From contig JAXGPF010000003.1 in assembly GCA_040767085.1 (NCBI GenBank), positions 192,001-256,000 of the forward strand: DNA of 64,000 nt, in the 5' to 3' direction. The number at the start of each line of letters is the position of its first letter. Position 1 is the stretch's first letter. The notes beneath the pieces were generated by a model. It was not told the origin of the DNA. It made no database searches and was given only the letters and a program-made list of their open reading frames with translations. Position numbers and translations under genes: made by a program. Below, one piece after another: positions 10,043 to 19,048 of the stretch. The stretch is from Kiritimatiellia bacterium. GTDB taxonomy: Bacteria > Verrucomicrobiota > Kiritimatiellia > JAAZAB01.

Positions 10043-11608
10043 ATGGAACAAATATTCGTCAGTAGTGTGCAGAAAGAACTTCAGACGGAGCGGATTGCCG
10101 TGCGGGACTTCGTGCGTGGGAACGACTTGTTGCGGCAGTTCTTCAAGGTGTTTTTGTTCGAGGACCTGCCTCCTGCGGATCGGCGCGCGGATGACGTGTA
10201 CTTGGAGCAAGTCAAGGCAAGTCCGATCTACCTGGGGCTCTTCGGCCATGAGTATGGGCGTGCTAACACAGCGGGGATCTCCGCCACGGAGCAGGAGTTC
10301 GACTGCGCCACCCGGCTGCGCAAACGGCGGCTCATCCTGGTCGAGGGACGGGATGACAAAAATCGCGAGCCGAAGATGGCGGCGCTGATCCGGCGGGCGG
10401 GCGACGAGTTGGTCCGCCGGCGGTTCGAGAACACCGACGAACTGCTGCGCCTGCTGTACGGTAGCTTAATTCAATACCTGCAGGACCGCGGATTCGTGGC
10501 CGCGAAGGATTTTGACGCGGCGCCGTGCGAGAACGCGACCCTTAACGACATCTCGGTGGTGAACGTTCGTCGGTTCATCGAAAAGGCGCGGGCCGAACGC
10601 AAGTATGCTCTGCCGTTGGAGACCGCGCCCGAGCAGGCGCTGGCGCACCTGAACCTGCTCGCGGGTCGGATTCCGTCGAGGGGCGCGGTCCTGCTCTTCA
10701 GCGAGCGGCCTGAGCGGTTCATGCCGTCGGCGGAAGTTACCTGTCTGCATTTCCACGGCACCGAGGTGGCCAAGCCGATCCCGAGCCAGCAGGTGTATCG
10801 AGGTCCCTTGTTCGAGGTGGTGGACAAGGCGGTTGATTTCGTCATGGACCGCGTGGCGCGGCGTGTGGAGCCGGGCCAGGCGTCGGTGGCCAGCACCGTG
10901 ACCTATGAGGTGCCGCACGGCGTGATCCGCGAAGCAGTTGTGAACGCGGTGGCCCATCGCAACTATGCATCGAAGGCGGCGGTGCAGGTGATGGTGTTCG
11001 CTGACCGGATCGAGGTATGGAATCCGGGCGGCCTGCCCGAGAACCTAACGGTAGAGGAACTCCATCGCCCACACCATTCGGTTCCTCGCAACCGATTGAT
11101 CTGCGAGCCTCTCTATTTGGCACACTACATCGAGCGGGCGGGTACGGGCACGCTGGATATGATCCGGCTGTGTCGCGAGGCCGACCTGCCTGAACCGGAG
11201 TTCCGGCATGAAGGAGAACGATTCGTGGTCGTGCTCTGGCGGGACTGGCTGACGGATGCGGTTTTAGCGGGACTGGAGTTGAATGAGAGGCAACGGCAGG
11301 TACTTACCGTGATCAAGAGGGATGGCAGGATCACAAATGCCGTCTACCAGAGAGTCGCGAATGCCAGTCGGCCAACGGCGAAGCGCGACTTGGAGGATTT
11401 GGTTGCGAAGGGGGTTGTGGCACCGGCAGGGGCGGGACGCGGCGCCCGCTACGAGTTGCTCCGGAAACGGCTCACAAATGGCTCAAACGGCTCATCCGAG
11501 TTCAAAACAGGAAATGGCTCACAAATGGCTCACAGAGCAACAACGGGGACTCATCACAGACCCCTCAAAAAAGGGGACGCCAGAAGACCAAAAGAGGTAG
11601 AATCATGA
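10043..11608 (+). CDS. DUF4062 + RecG-C-like (HATPase_c_4) + C-terminal HTH protein
   Basis: IFVSSVQKEL...ISATEQEF (DUF4062); REAVVNAVAHRNY, DRIEVWNPGGL, IERAGTG; HTH ITNAVYQ...TAKRDLEDLV. Start taken at MEQIF (10043). Confidence 0.85.
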   Translation: MEQIFVSSVQKELQTERIAVRDFVRGNDLLRQFFKVFLFEDLPPADRRADDVYLEQVKASPIYLGLFGHEYGRANTAGISATEQEFDCATRLRKRRLILVEGRDDKNREPKMAALIRRAGDELVRRRFENTDELLRLLYGSLIQYLQDRGFVAAKDFDAAPCENATLNDISVVNVRRFIEKARAERKYALPLETAPEQALAHLNLLAGRIPSRGAVLLFSERPERFMPSAEVTCLHFHGTEVAKPIPSQQVYRGPLFEVVDKAVDFVMDRVARRVEPGQASVASTVTYEVPHGVIREAVVNAVAHRNYASKAAVQVMVFADRIEVWNPGGLPENLTVEELHRPHHSVPRNRLICEPLYLAHYIERAGTGTLDMIRLCREADLPEPEFRHEGERFVVVLWRDWLTDAVLAGLELNERQRQVLTVIKRDGRITNAVYQRVANASRPTAKRDLEDLVAKGVVAPAGAGRGARYELLRKRLTNGSNGSSEFKTGNGSQMAHRATTGTHHRPLKKGDARRPKEVES

Positions 11609-11896
11609 CCGATCTATCACCTTTCAATCACCCAACCGCCGGAATCCAGCACCCGTTCGCGCCACGCAAGTCCCCACAGTGTGAGCAATTGACTGATAAA
11701 CGACCGACATTCGGGCTGAATGGACCGATCCGGCATACCCCCTCATCCTTGTTTCCAATGAATCCACCGACAATCTATCGACGTTCCGGCCGAATCTACC
11801 GATCAGGCATAGGACTGCGCGGGCGAATCGAACGCGACCGGAAAGGGCGGAACCGGACATGAACTACTTTGTTATCAGCAAGAATGGAGACATGAA

Positions 11897-14746
11897 ATGA
11901 CTACACCCAAGCCCTGGATTGAATCGGTCCGCCTGCACCCCGACGTGCTCAAGGAAAACGCCGATACTGACATCTTCGCCCTGGATCTCGGCCCTCTGGC
12001 CGACGGGTCCGGCACGGTTGCGTCGGTGTACCGTGATGCCGAGTCCTTTTTCCGGGCGTCCTACGTGACAGCCGGGTTGAAGTCGCTCCTCGATGAGGTT
12101 CTTAAACGGCTGTCAGGCAAGGGCGGCGCGCCTGTGCTCAAACTCATGACGCCTTTCGGCGGCGGCAAGTCCCACACGATGGCAGCCCTGCTGCATGCGT
12201 CGCGCGACCGCAAGGCGCTCGACGTGCTGCCCGAAGCCAAGGGACTTGCCAGCCCGACCGACGTGCGTGTCGCTGTGGTGGACGGACAGTTCTTCAACGC
12301 CCAGCAAGGCAAAGAGGCCGATGGCGTCCGCGTGCAGACACTTTGGGGTTGGCTCGCGTTGAAACTTGGTGGGAAGGCCGGCTATGAAACCATGCGCGCC
12401 AATGACGAGGCGCGGGTGTCGCCCGGCGGCGACGACCTCTTGAAGCTCTTTGGGGACAAACCGAACCTGATTCTGCTCGACGAGGCGCTGGAGTATTTGA
12501 TCAACGCTGGCGGAGTGAAGGTTCTGAAGACCGATCTTCGGGAGCAGACGCTGAACTTCCTGAAGGAACTGTCTGTTGCCGTTGCCAATGCCCCTCGGAC
12601 TGCGCTGGTCATGGCGTTGCCATCGAGCAAACCAGGCGAGACTCTGCACCACTTCCAGTTGCTACAAACCCTGGACCACTTCATCGGACGCAAGGATTCT
12701 CTTCGCGAACCCGTGGAACAGGACGAGGTGTTCAGGGTTATTCAACGACGATTGCTGGAGAAGATGCCGGATGACGAGGTGGCGGGGCTGGCCGCGTCGG
12801 CTTACCAGGAGCTTTTCACGCAGATGCGGAAGGCATACGCGGCAAACCCGGCGGAAGAACAGCAAGCCGGTGAAGAGGGTATTCAACTCCGGGACCGGAT
12901 GCGGATGGCCTATCCGTTCCATCCGGCCATCCTCGACTTGATGCGCCAACGCTGGGCATCCTTGCCGGAATACCAGCGCACGCGGGGCGCCCTGCGCTTC
13001 CTGGCGGCCTGTCTGCGGGCGCACCACAAGGCGGGTAAGAGCGGCGTCGTTCTTGGCCCTGGTGACGTAATGCTTGCCGACCACGAGGTCCGGCGCGCCA
13101 TCATAAAGGAACTCGGCCTGATGAACCGGTTCGACGCCGTGTTCCAATCGGACCTTGTGGGCGCAAACTCGACTGCCGGGCGGATTGACAAACTCCGCGC
13201 CAAGTCCAACCCTGCCGAAATTGGCAAGAATGTTGCCCAGCGACTTGCGTCTGCGATCTTCCTCTACTCCTTCGGCGGGTTGCGGCGAGAGGGTGCGGGC
13301 TCAACGGAAGTCCTCCCTCCCGGCGTGTCGGAGGCCGATCTGCTTGCCGGATGTGTGGGACCCGATCTCGACAGTCTGACGGCGAAGGCGTGCCTGTCGG
13401 AACTCAAGCAGTCTTGTCTGTACCTGCACTTCGACGGCGTGCGCTACTGCTTCAAGCAGGACCCCAACGTCACGTTGCTGATCGAGCAGGAAGCCGATGC
13501 GGTGGCACGAGATGAGAGCCTCGTCACTACGCAAATCAGGACGATGCTCGAAGAGCGGCTGGCGGGGCATCATGGTGCCATCGCCTGGCCTGCGGCCTCA
13601 GGCGAGATCCCCGACGAGCAGCCACGTTTCCAAATCGCCTATCTTCCCCTCTCGTTCAGCGGGTTGTCGGCGAAGGCACGGGACGCCGCGGCGCTCGATC
13701 TGGTCGAGAAATACGGCGGCACCCCCCGCAAGTACCGGAATGGCCTCGCGCTGGCGATCCCGGCAACAGACCAAGCAGAAAGTCTGCGACGGGAAGTCCG
13801 ATACCTCAGCGCGGTGGAAAGGGTCAGCAAGGCGGCCAAGAAGCATAATCTGACCAAGGAACAGGCCGACGAACTACGGGAACGGAAGGCCACACATGGC
13901 AGTGCCGTCGAGTCCGCTTTCGGAAAACTGTACCCCGAGGTCTGGCTCCCGAAGCAGGAACAAGGGAATATCGGCTTCGAGAAGATCACGGTTGGCGGAC
14001 GCCCTCTTCAAACGACCGTGAACGCGCAGCACCTTGCGATGGTTTTCGAACGGAACATGGAACTGCTGACTCAAGTCCAACCTCGCGTCTTCTCCAAGTT
14101 GAACCCCGTCAAGGTTGTGGAACTCTTTAAACTGGGCGAAGAAGATCCGCCGAAGATGGGCATTCGATGCAGTGACATTGTGAGCGGGTTCTACTCGTTC
14201 CTTGGCTTTACCCGGCTCACGACCAAGGAGATCGTGCAGGCTGCCATTGCTCGCGGCGTTCAGGAAGGTGTTTTCGGGTACTTCACCGGTTCAGCCCCGA
14301 CGATGGACGCTGGTGGGAAGTACCAAGTCGCGCGGAGCAAGGTGCGGTTTGAGGTTCCACTTGCCGCGGATGAGGTTGACCTCGAGTCCGGTTTCATCAT
14401 GCTGCCAGCGGTAATCCCCGCCGATATGTCTGCCGGAGACCCCGCGCAGGCGGGGGCGGCCCCGATCTCAGGTACCACTCTACCGCCAGGACCGACTCCG
14501 CCTCCTGTACATGGAACCGGACCAGGCCCGATGCCGCCGCCACCGCCGACGGAGAACTACGTCCAGTTGGAATTTACCGCCAACCGGGACCAACTCTTCA
14601 CCGCATGGAACGCCATTGCCAACCTGGCCGACATGGCCGGCACGGTGAAAGTCAATATTACCGCCGAATCCAACAAAGGTTTTGACAAGAGCAAACTTCA
14701 AAACGGCGTCTTGGAACCGTTACGGGAGGCAGACCTGATCTCATAA
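11897..14746 (+). CDS. DUF499-family AAA+ ATPase
   Basis: LMTPFGGGKSH, ILLDE, AYPFHP, YQRTRGALR; GGAG RBS upstream. Confidence 0.92.
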   Translation: MTTPKPWIESVRLHPDVLKENADTDIFALDLGPLADGSGTVASVYRDAESFFRASYVTAGLKSLLDEVLKRLSGKGGAPVLKLMTPFGGGKSHTMAALLHASRDRKALDVLPEAKGLASPTDVRVAVVDGQFFNAQQGKEADGVRVQTLWGWLALKLGGKAGYETMRANDEARVSPGGDDLLKLFGDKPNLILLDEALEYLINAGGVKVLKTDLREQTLNFLKELSVAVANAPRTALVMALPSSKPGETLHHFQLLQTLDHFIGRKDSLREPVEQDEVFRVIQRRLLEKMPDDEVAGLAASAYQELFTQMRKAYAANPAEEQQAGEEGIQLRDRMRMAYPFHPAILDLMRQRWASLPEYQRTRGALRFLAACLRAHHKAGKSGVVLGPGDVMLADHEVRRAIIKELGLMNRFDAVFQSDLVGANSTAGRIDKLRAKSNPAEIGKNVAQRLASAIFLYSFGGLRREGAGSTEVLPPGVSEADLLAGCVGPDLDSLTAKACLSELKQSCLYLHFDGVRYCFKQDPNVTLLIEQEADAVARDESLVTTQIRTMLEERLAGHHGAIAWPAASGEIPDEQPRFQIAYLPLSFSGLSAKARDAAALDLVEKYGGTPRKYRNGLALAIPATDQAESLRREVRYLSAVERVSKAAKKHNLTKEQADELRERKATHGSAVESAFGKLYPEVWLPKQEQGNIGFEKITVGGRPLQTTVNAQHLAMVFERNMELLTQVQPRVFSKLNPVKVVELFKLGEEDPPKMGIRCSDIVSGFYSFLGFTRLTTKEIVQAAIARGVQEGVFGYFTGSAPTMDAGGKYQVARSKVRFEVPLAADEVDLESGFIMLPAVIPADMSAGDPAQAGAAPISGTTLPPGPTPPPVHGTGPGPMPPPPPTENYVQLEFTANRDQLFTAWNAIANLADMAGTVKVNITAESNKGFDKSKLQNGVLEPLREADLIS

Positions 14747-14810
14747 ACCTATATCCGGCAGTTGGCAAGTTTGCTGCAGATGCGCTTGCCTACGTTTCGC
14801 GCAAGCAGGC

Positions 14811-14868
14811 GGCGCGAAGGATGAAGCTGTATAAGCATACCGCGAATCCTTCGTCACAAAGCAGATGC
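14811..14868 (+). repeat. Dispersed hairpin repeat, copy 1
   Basis: 54/58 identical to the reverse complement of 39217-39274; internal CGAAGGAT/ATCCTTCG stem. Confidence 0.85.
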
Positions 14869-14990
14869 AGTAAAATCGCCACCCCCTTCCGTGTTTAAAA
14901 TTCAGGAAACTTTTTTTACACCCAATAGGCGCAGGGTTATTCAAGCATAATGTATTTATTCTCAACCTTTTATCACGTTTCCTGAATTTC

Positions 14991-15190
14991 ACATGCCGGA
15001 TATCCAACAAGCCCAAGAGTTGTCTGCAAAAATACCGCCTGACGGACAAAGGCTGGACAATCCTCAAGCAGGGAGGGCACCCATGAACTATCCGGCTGAA
15101 TCCCGAATTCAGTCCTATAGTTCTCAATACCGTGCAACTGGTGGATTTGCGTGAGATCGGGGAGTTGATTGAAGTATTGCGCAATTCATA
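14991..15190 (+). pseudogene. Small gene remnants (Fic-like C-terminal HTH tail; S24-peptidase-like tail)
   Basis: Frames read NKPKSCLQKYRLTDKG and IRLNPEFSPIVL...IGELIEVL, resembling C-termini of those families; no intact ORF. Confidence 0.4.
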
Positions 15191-15208
15191 GGCCAAGAAG
15201 GAGACATT

Positions 15209-16291
15209 ATGGCGCTTTGGAAAATTGGCGGCAACAAACCCCTAAAAGTAAAACAGACACACTTGCCTCAGGAAAAACTATTGGAGGAACATCTTGAAAA
15301 TTGGATTCAGATGGAACCAACCTTGTTGGGTGAGCCTCTTTTAATTATAGGCCGGCAAGTCATAATCCCCGATACCAAGGACAGATTGGACCTGCTCGCT
15401 CTGGACCCACAAGGTCAAGCCGTTATTATTGAGCTTAAACGCGGCAAGATTAAAGACCCGGTTGACATTCAAGCGCTTCGATACGCCAGCTACATTTCAA
15501 AATGGAAATTTGATCAATTTGAAAGCGTAGCACGTAACTTTTTCGGAAAATCGGGCGACTCGGAATTTAACTTTAACGAAGTTTTCGAAACTTTCTGCCA
15601 GGAATCCGGTTCTGATGAAGTCCCGGACTTAAACGAAGACCAACGGGTAATTATCGTTGGTTCTTCCGTGCGGGACAAGCTTGGTAGCGTCGCTTTATGG
15701 CTTAGAGATCATAATATTGACATCAAACTCATAGAGGTTACAGCCTATAAGGAAGGTGAAACAGTTTTTATCGAGCCCAATGTCATTGTTCCGCTTCCTG
15801 TCAGTAGATTTGCTAAAGTAGGGAAAGGGCCTACTAAAGGCACAGCGGCCTGGCAAACAGATGGGCAAACTTGGCATCTTGAAAAACGATGCAGCCCAAA
15901 AACAAAAGAGATGTTAATGGTGTTCGACAAAGACATCCGAGAAGCTCTTCCTGTTGATGGTCCACATTGGGATCAGAAACAATATGTTGCTTATCGCAAA
16001 AACAATTATAATTGGTTGTGTATCCATACTCTGCCAAAAACGCTGATTTTTGATTTTAATGTGAAAGCCGGCACGTTTAAGTCCGATATTCTTGCCAAGA
16101 CTTTGGGTGTCGTGAAATTCGATAAAGATGAAACTATGTCGGAAAAACTGAACCTGCCAAGTTCTGTTACTGTCCGCAACAGAAACGAAACGCGCGATCG
16201 TATTCGTCTTCGCGTGAAAGCTGATTTTGATCTCAAATCAAAAACATTTATCCAGTTTATGACCCAGGCATTTGAATTATGCCCGAAGTAA
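15209..16291 (+). CDS. NucS/DUF91-like PD-(D/E)xK endonuclease
   Basis: EEHLENWI...RLDLLALD...IIELKRG...QALRY; AGGAG RBS. Confidence 0.8.
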   Translation: MALWKIGGNKPLKVKQTHLPQEKLLEEHLENWIQMEPTLLGEPLLIIGRQVIIPDTKDRLDLLALDPQGQAVIIELKRGKIKDPVDIQALRYASYISKWKFDQFESVARNFFGKSGDSEFNFNEVFETFCQESGSDEVPDLNEDQRVIIVGSSVRDKLGSVALWLRDHNIDIKLIEVTAYKEGETVFIEPNVIVPLPVSRFAKVGKGPTKGTAAWQTDGQTWHLEKRCSPKTKEMLMVFDKDIREALPVDGPHWDQKQYVAYRKNNYNWLCIHTLPKTLIFDFNVKAGTFKSDILAKTLGVVKFDKDETMSEKLNLPSSVTVRNRNETRDRIRLRVKADFDLKSKTFIQFMTQAFELCPK

Positions 16292-16405
16292 TATTCTGCG
16301 TATTTGCTAAATACTGACACTCTGGAATATAAAACTGGAATAAAGATACATCAAACCGGTATTGCGTCTGCCGTATAGGAATATATTTTGATGGAGCAAT
16401 GAATC

Positions 16406-17317
16406 ATGTTCGAAAGACTATTCGCCAAGCGCGGGTTGTCGTTGGATCGGTTACGGGTTTTACTGGAAGTCCGCGAGGCGGGCAGCGTCGTCAAGGCGGC
16501 AGGGGGGGATCCGGTCCGGCAAAGCCAGTATAGCCGGCAATTAAAGGAACTGGATGAATATTTCAGTGTGGAATTGACCTGTCGCAAGGGGCGGCATCTG
16601 GTATTGACCGCCGCGGGCGAAGAATTAGCAAAATTGGTGCAAGAGCATTTTGTGGCACTTGGCAATTTCAACAGGCGCGTGGCAAACGAACCGGTGCCGG
16701 TCTTCATCGGCGCGGGTGAAAGCCTGATCCACTGGCTGTTGTTGCCGCTTGCCGGCAAACTACAGCGCGAATTGCCCGGGATCACCCTGCGAATGATCAA
16801 CCTGACTTCCACTATGATCAATCAAAAATTGGTTGATCGGGAGATAGACCTTGGCATTCTCCGCAAAGATGCCATTGCGCCCACCATTTTGCATCATGTG
16901 ATTGGTAAAATCGTTTACTCGCTATATGCCCCGAAAGCATTGTTCTCGGGCTCTGTCGCTAAAAAGACTGCTCTGTTGAATAAACTGCCGGTCGCAACAA
17001 TGCCCGGCAATTCATCGTTCGGACGGCATTTGCACCAGTTGGCTGAAAAAGCCAATATCCGTCTCAATGTCCGGCTTGAATGTGACACTTTTACCGGATT
17101 GGCACAGGCGGTCCAAACCGGAGAATACGCGGCCATCCTGCCCGATCTGGCCGCTTACGCCATGGATGAGCAAACCGACAAAATCACTTTGCCACTGCTT
17201 AAACCGTTGACGCGCGAAATAAGTCTGGCCTGGCTGCAACGCAAGGTTGATTTATGTCCCGAATGGGAAAAAACACGACAGTGGCTTACACAAAATCTTA
17301 ATATGACTATAAAGTAA
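16406..17317 (+). CDS. LysR-family transcriptional regulator
   Basis: N-terminal wHTH (SRQLKELDEYF...LTAAGEEL), 303 aa, substrate-binding domain (EIDLGI). Confidence 0.92.
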   Translation: MFERLFAKRGLSLDRLRVLLEVREAGSVVKAAGGDPVRQSQYSRQLKELDEYFSVELTCRKGRHLVLTAAGEELAKLVQEHFVALGNFNRRVANEPVPVFIGAGESLIHWLLLPLAGKLQRELPGITLRMINLTSTMINQKLVDREIDLGILRKDAIAPTILHHVIGKIVYSLYAPKALFSGSVAKKTALLNKLPVATMPGNSSFGRHLHQLAEKANIRLNVRLECDTFTGLAQAVQTGEYAAILPDLAAYAMDEQTDKITLPLLKPLTREISLAWLQRKVDLCPEWEKTRQWLTQNLNMTIK

Positions 17318-17327
17318 TGTGTTATGC

Positions 17328-17352
17328 GATATTAGCACTGGATAATAATATC
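17328..17352. promoter_or_regulatory. Palindromic operator candidate upstream of the Argonaute gene
   Basis: GATATTA-N11-TAATATC in the LysR-Ago intergenic region. Confidence 0.45.
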
Positions 17353-17418
17353 GGCAATTGATACATTGCCCGTGTTGAAACAAAAAAGCAGAAACAGTAT
17401 TAGCGGGCTTTATTATTT

Positions 17419-19023
17419 ATGGCCGCAGCAACAGATCAAAATATCGGCATGACAGTGTTCGAACTGCAATCGTTTGAATCCTGGCAAAATCGGATAGAAG
17501 CGGCCGCACAATCCGCCGGCGCCGGCATCACGCGCAAGGGGGCCGGTTGCCAGCTCTGGATGCCGAACCAGTTACTTCCCTTGCGCAAAACCAACTTGCA
17601 TTATGCCGATGGCGTTAAAATTTTCCGGGAATGGCTTGGCCCACGCCGCAACGCATTAGCCATTATCCCTCATCGCGTCTATTTTGAACCCGGCGCAAAT
17701 ACCCCCAGTATCAAGCCGGAACGGATTTTGATTGAAGGCGCACGTCCGGCATTGCCCAGCCCGGACAAACGAATCAGCTCATGTTTGGAATGGGCCGGGA
17801 TTTTATCAAAACATATTGATGGATTTGGTCCTGACCCTATCACGGTCGGACGAGTTCGGCATGATTTACACAAATCAACGCAATTGATTTTTGGCGGCGG
17901 CGCAGTTGTCACACCCGGTTCTAAAATCAGTTTGGCACTGATGAGCCACGGAGGCTATTCCACGCCTGCCCGGCTTCAGATTGAACTCGTGGCGCCCTCC
18001 GCCGCCGCCGGCAAAACAAAAACATATCAAACACTTTTGGCAAATGCCTTGAAGCGCTGTAAATGCCACGGCGTGATCTCGATGTTGACTTACGACAAAT
18101 TGCTGACACGCTTACAATCCGGAACGCCGGTAGCGACGCCCGGCACTTGTATTCTGCTCGCTGTAACCGGCAAAAAAGGCCTGCCGCTGGCCCCGGAATC
18201 CGAGACGCTGATAAATCTCATGGCTAATTTCAACATCCCGTTTCGCATGTTCTCCGTTGACAATCCGGCGCTGAACTGGTCGGCTTTGGATCAAGCCGGA
18301 TCGTTGATTACCGGTGCGGGCGGCATTCCATTCATCACCAAATTACCCTGGCCGGATGATATTGGGGAGCCATTCATTCTGGGAGTGGATGTTGGGCACC
18401 CGCCGACAGGCGAGGAAAGCCAGGTTGTCATTAGTTTAATGGATCATCAAGGTGTTTTGCTGGGGAGTTGGCGCCAATCCCAGCCGCGTGATGAGACAAT
18501 TCACACCGAAACGCTGCAAAATGGATTGACGTGGGCGCTTGAAAAAGCACGGTCAAATATTGCAAACGCAACCCCATCATTCCTGGTGCTGCGCGATGGC
18601 AGGTTGCATAAAGGCGAAAACCCCACATTTTACAGCCAGATACTGGGGCCAAAGACAACATTGATTGAATTTTCCAAACACAACACGCCTGAAATGTTCA
18701 TTATGGGTGCATGCCCGGCATCCGCCAAAGCCGGAACAGAGTGCCTTTTAACCGGTAGTTCCACACCATTTATCACTCCGGTGTCAGCGCGCATGAGCAG
18801 TGATTTATCCCGGACATTCAAAATCAACATGCCACCGGCATGGGATGGCCTGGGGCTTGGAATTGACAGAGTCAGCGAGATTGTGGTAGGATTATCTTAT
18901 ACTTCGGGACTCGGGTTAGCGCCACACGCATTACCCGGCCCAATTTACTGGGCGGACGGCATTGCCGCCATTTGCGAGCACAACCATCAATTTGCGGGGC
19001 AGAATATAATGGAGGGAAGATGA
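17419..19023 (+). CDS. Prokaryotic Argonaute (compact; MID-PIWI with intact DEDD tetrad)
   Basis: ILGVDVGH (D324), PRDETI (E359), VLRDGRL (D393), LPGPIYWADG (D513); L2/MID entry QLIFGGG...HGGYSTP; GAGGIPF before PIWI. Confidence 0.88.
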   Translation: MAAATDQNIGMTVFELQSFESWQNRIEAAAQSAGAGITRKGAGCQLWMPNQLLPLRKTNLHYADGVKIFREWLGPRRNALAIIPHRVYFEPGANTPSIKPERILIEGARPALPSPDKRISSCLEWAGILSKHIDGFGPDPITVGRVRHDLHKSTQLIFGGGAVVTPGSKISLALMSHGGYSTPARLQIELVAPSAAAGKTKTYQTLLANALKRCKCHGVISMLTYDKLLTRLQSGTPVATPGTCILLAVTGKKGLPLAPESETLINLMANFNIPFRMFSVDNPALNWSALDQAGSLITGAGGIPFITKLPWPDDIGEPFILGVDVGHPPTGEESQVVISLMDHQGVLLGSWRQSQPRDETIHTETLQNGLTWALEKARSNIANATPSFLVLRDGRLHKGENPTFYSQILGPKTTLIEFSKHNTPEMFIMGACPASAKAGTECLLTGSSTPFITPVSARMSSDLSRTFKINMPPAWDGLGLGIDRVSEIVVGLSYTSGLGLAPHALPGPIYWADGIAAICEHNHQFAGQNIMEGR

Positions 19024-19048
19024 GCGATACAGAGAAAAAACAATTTCA

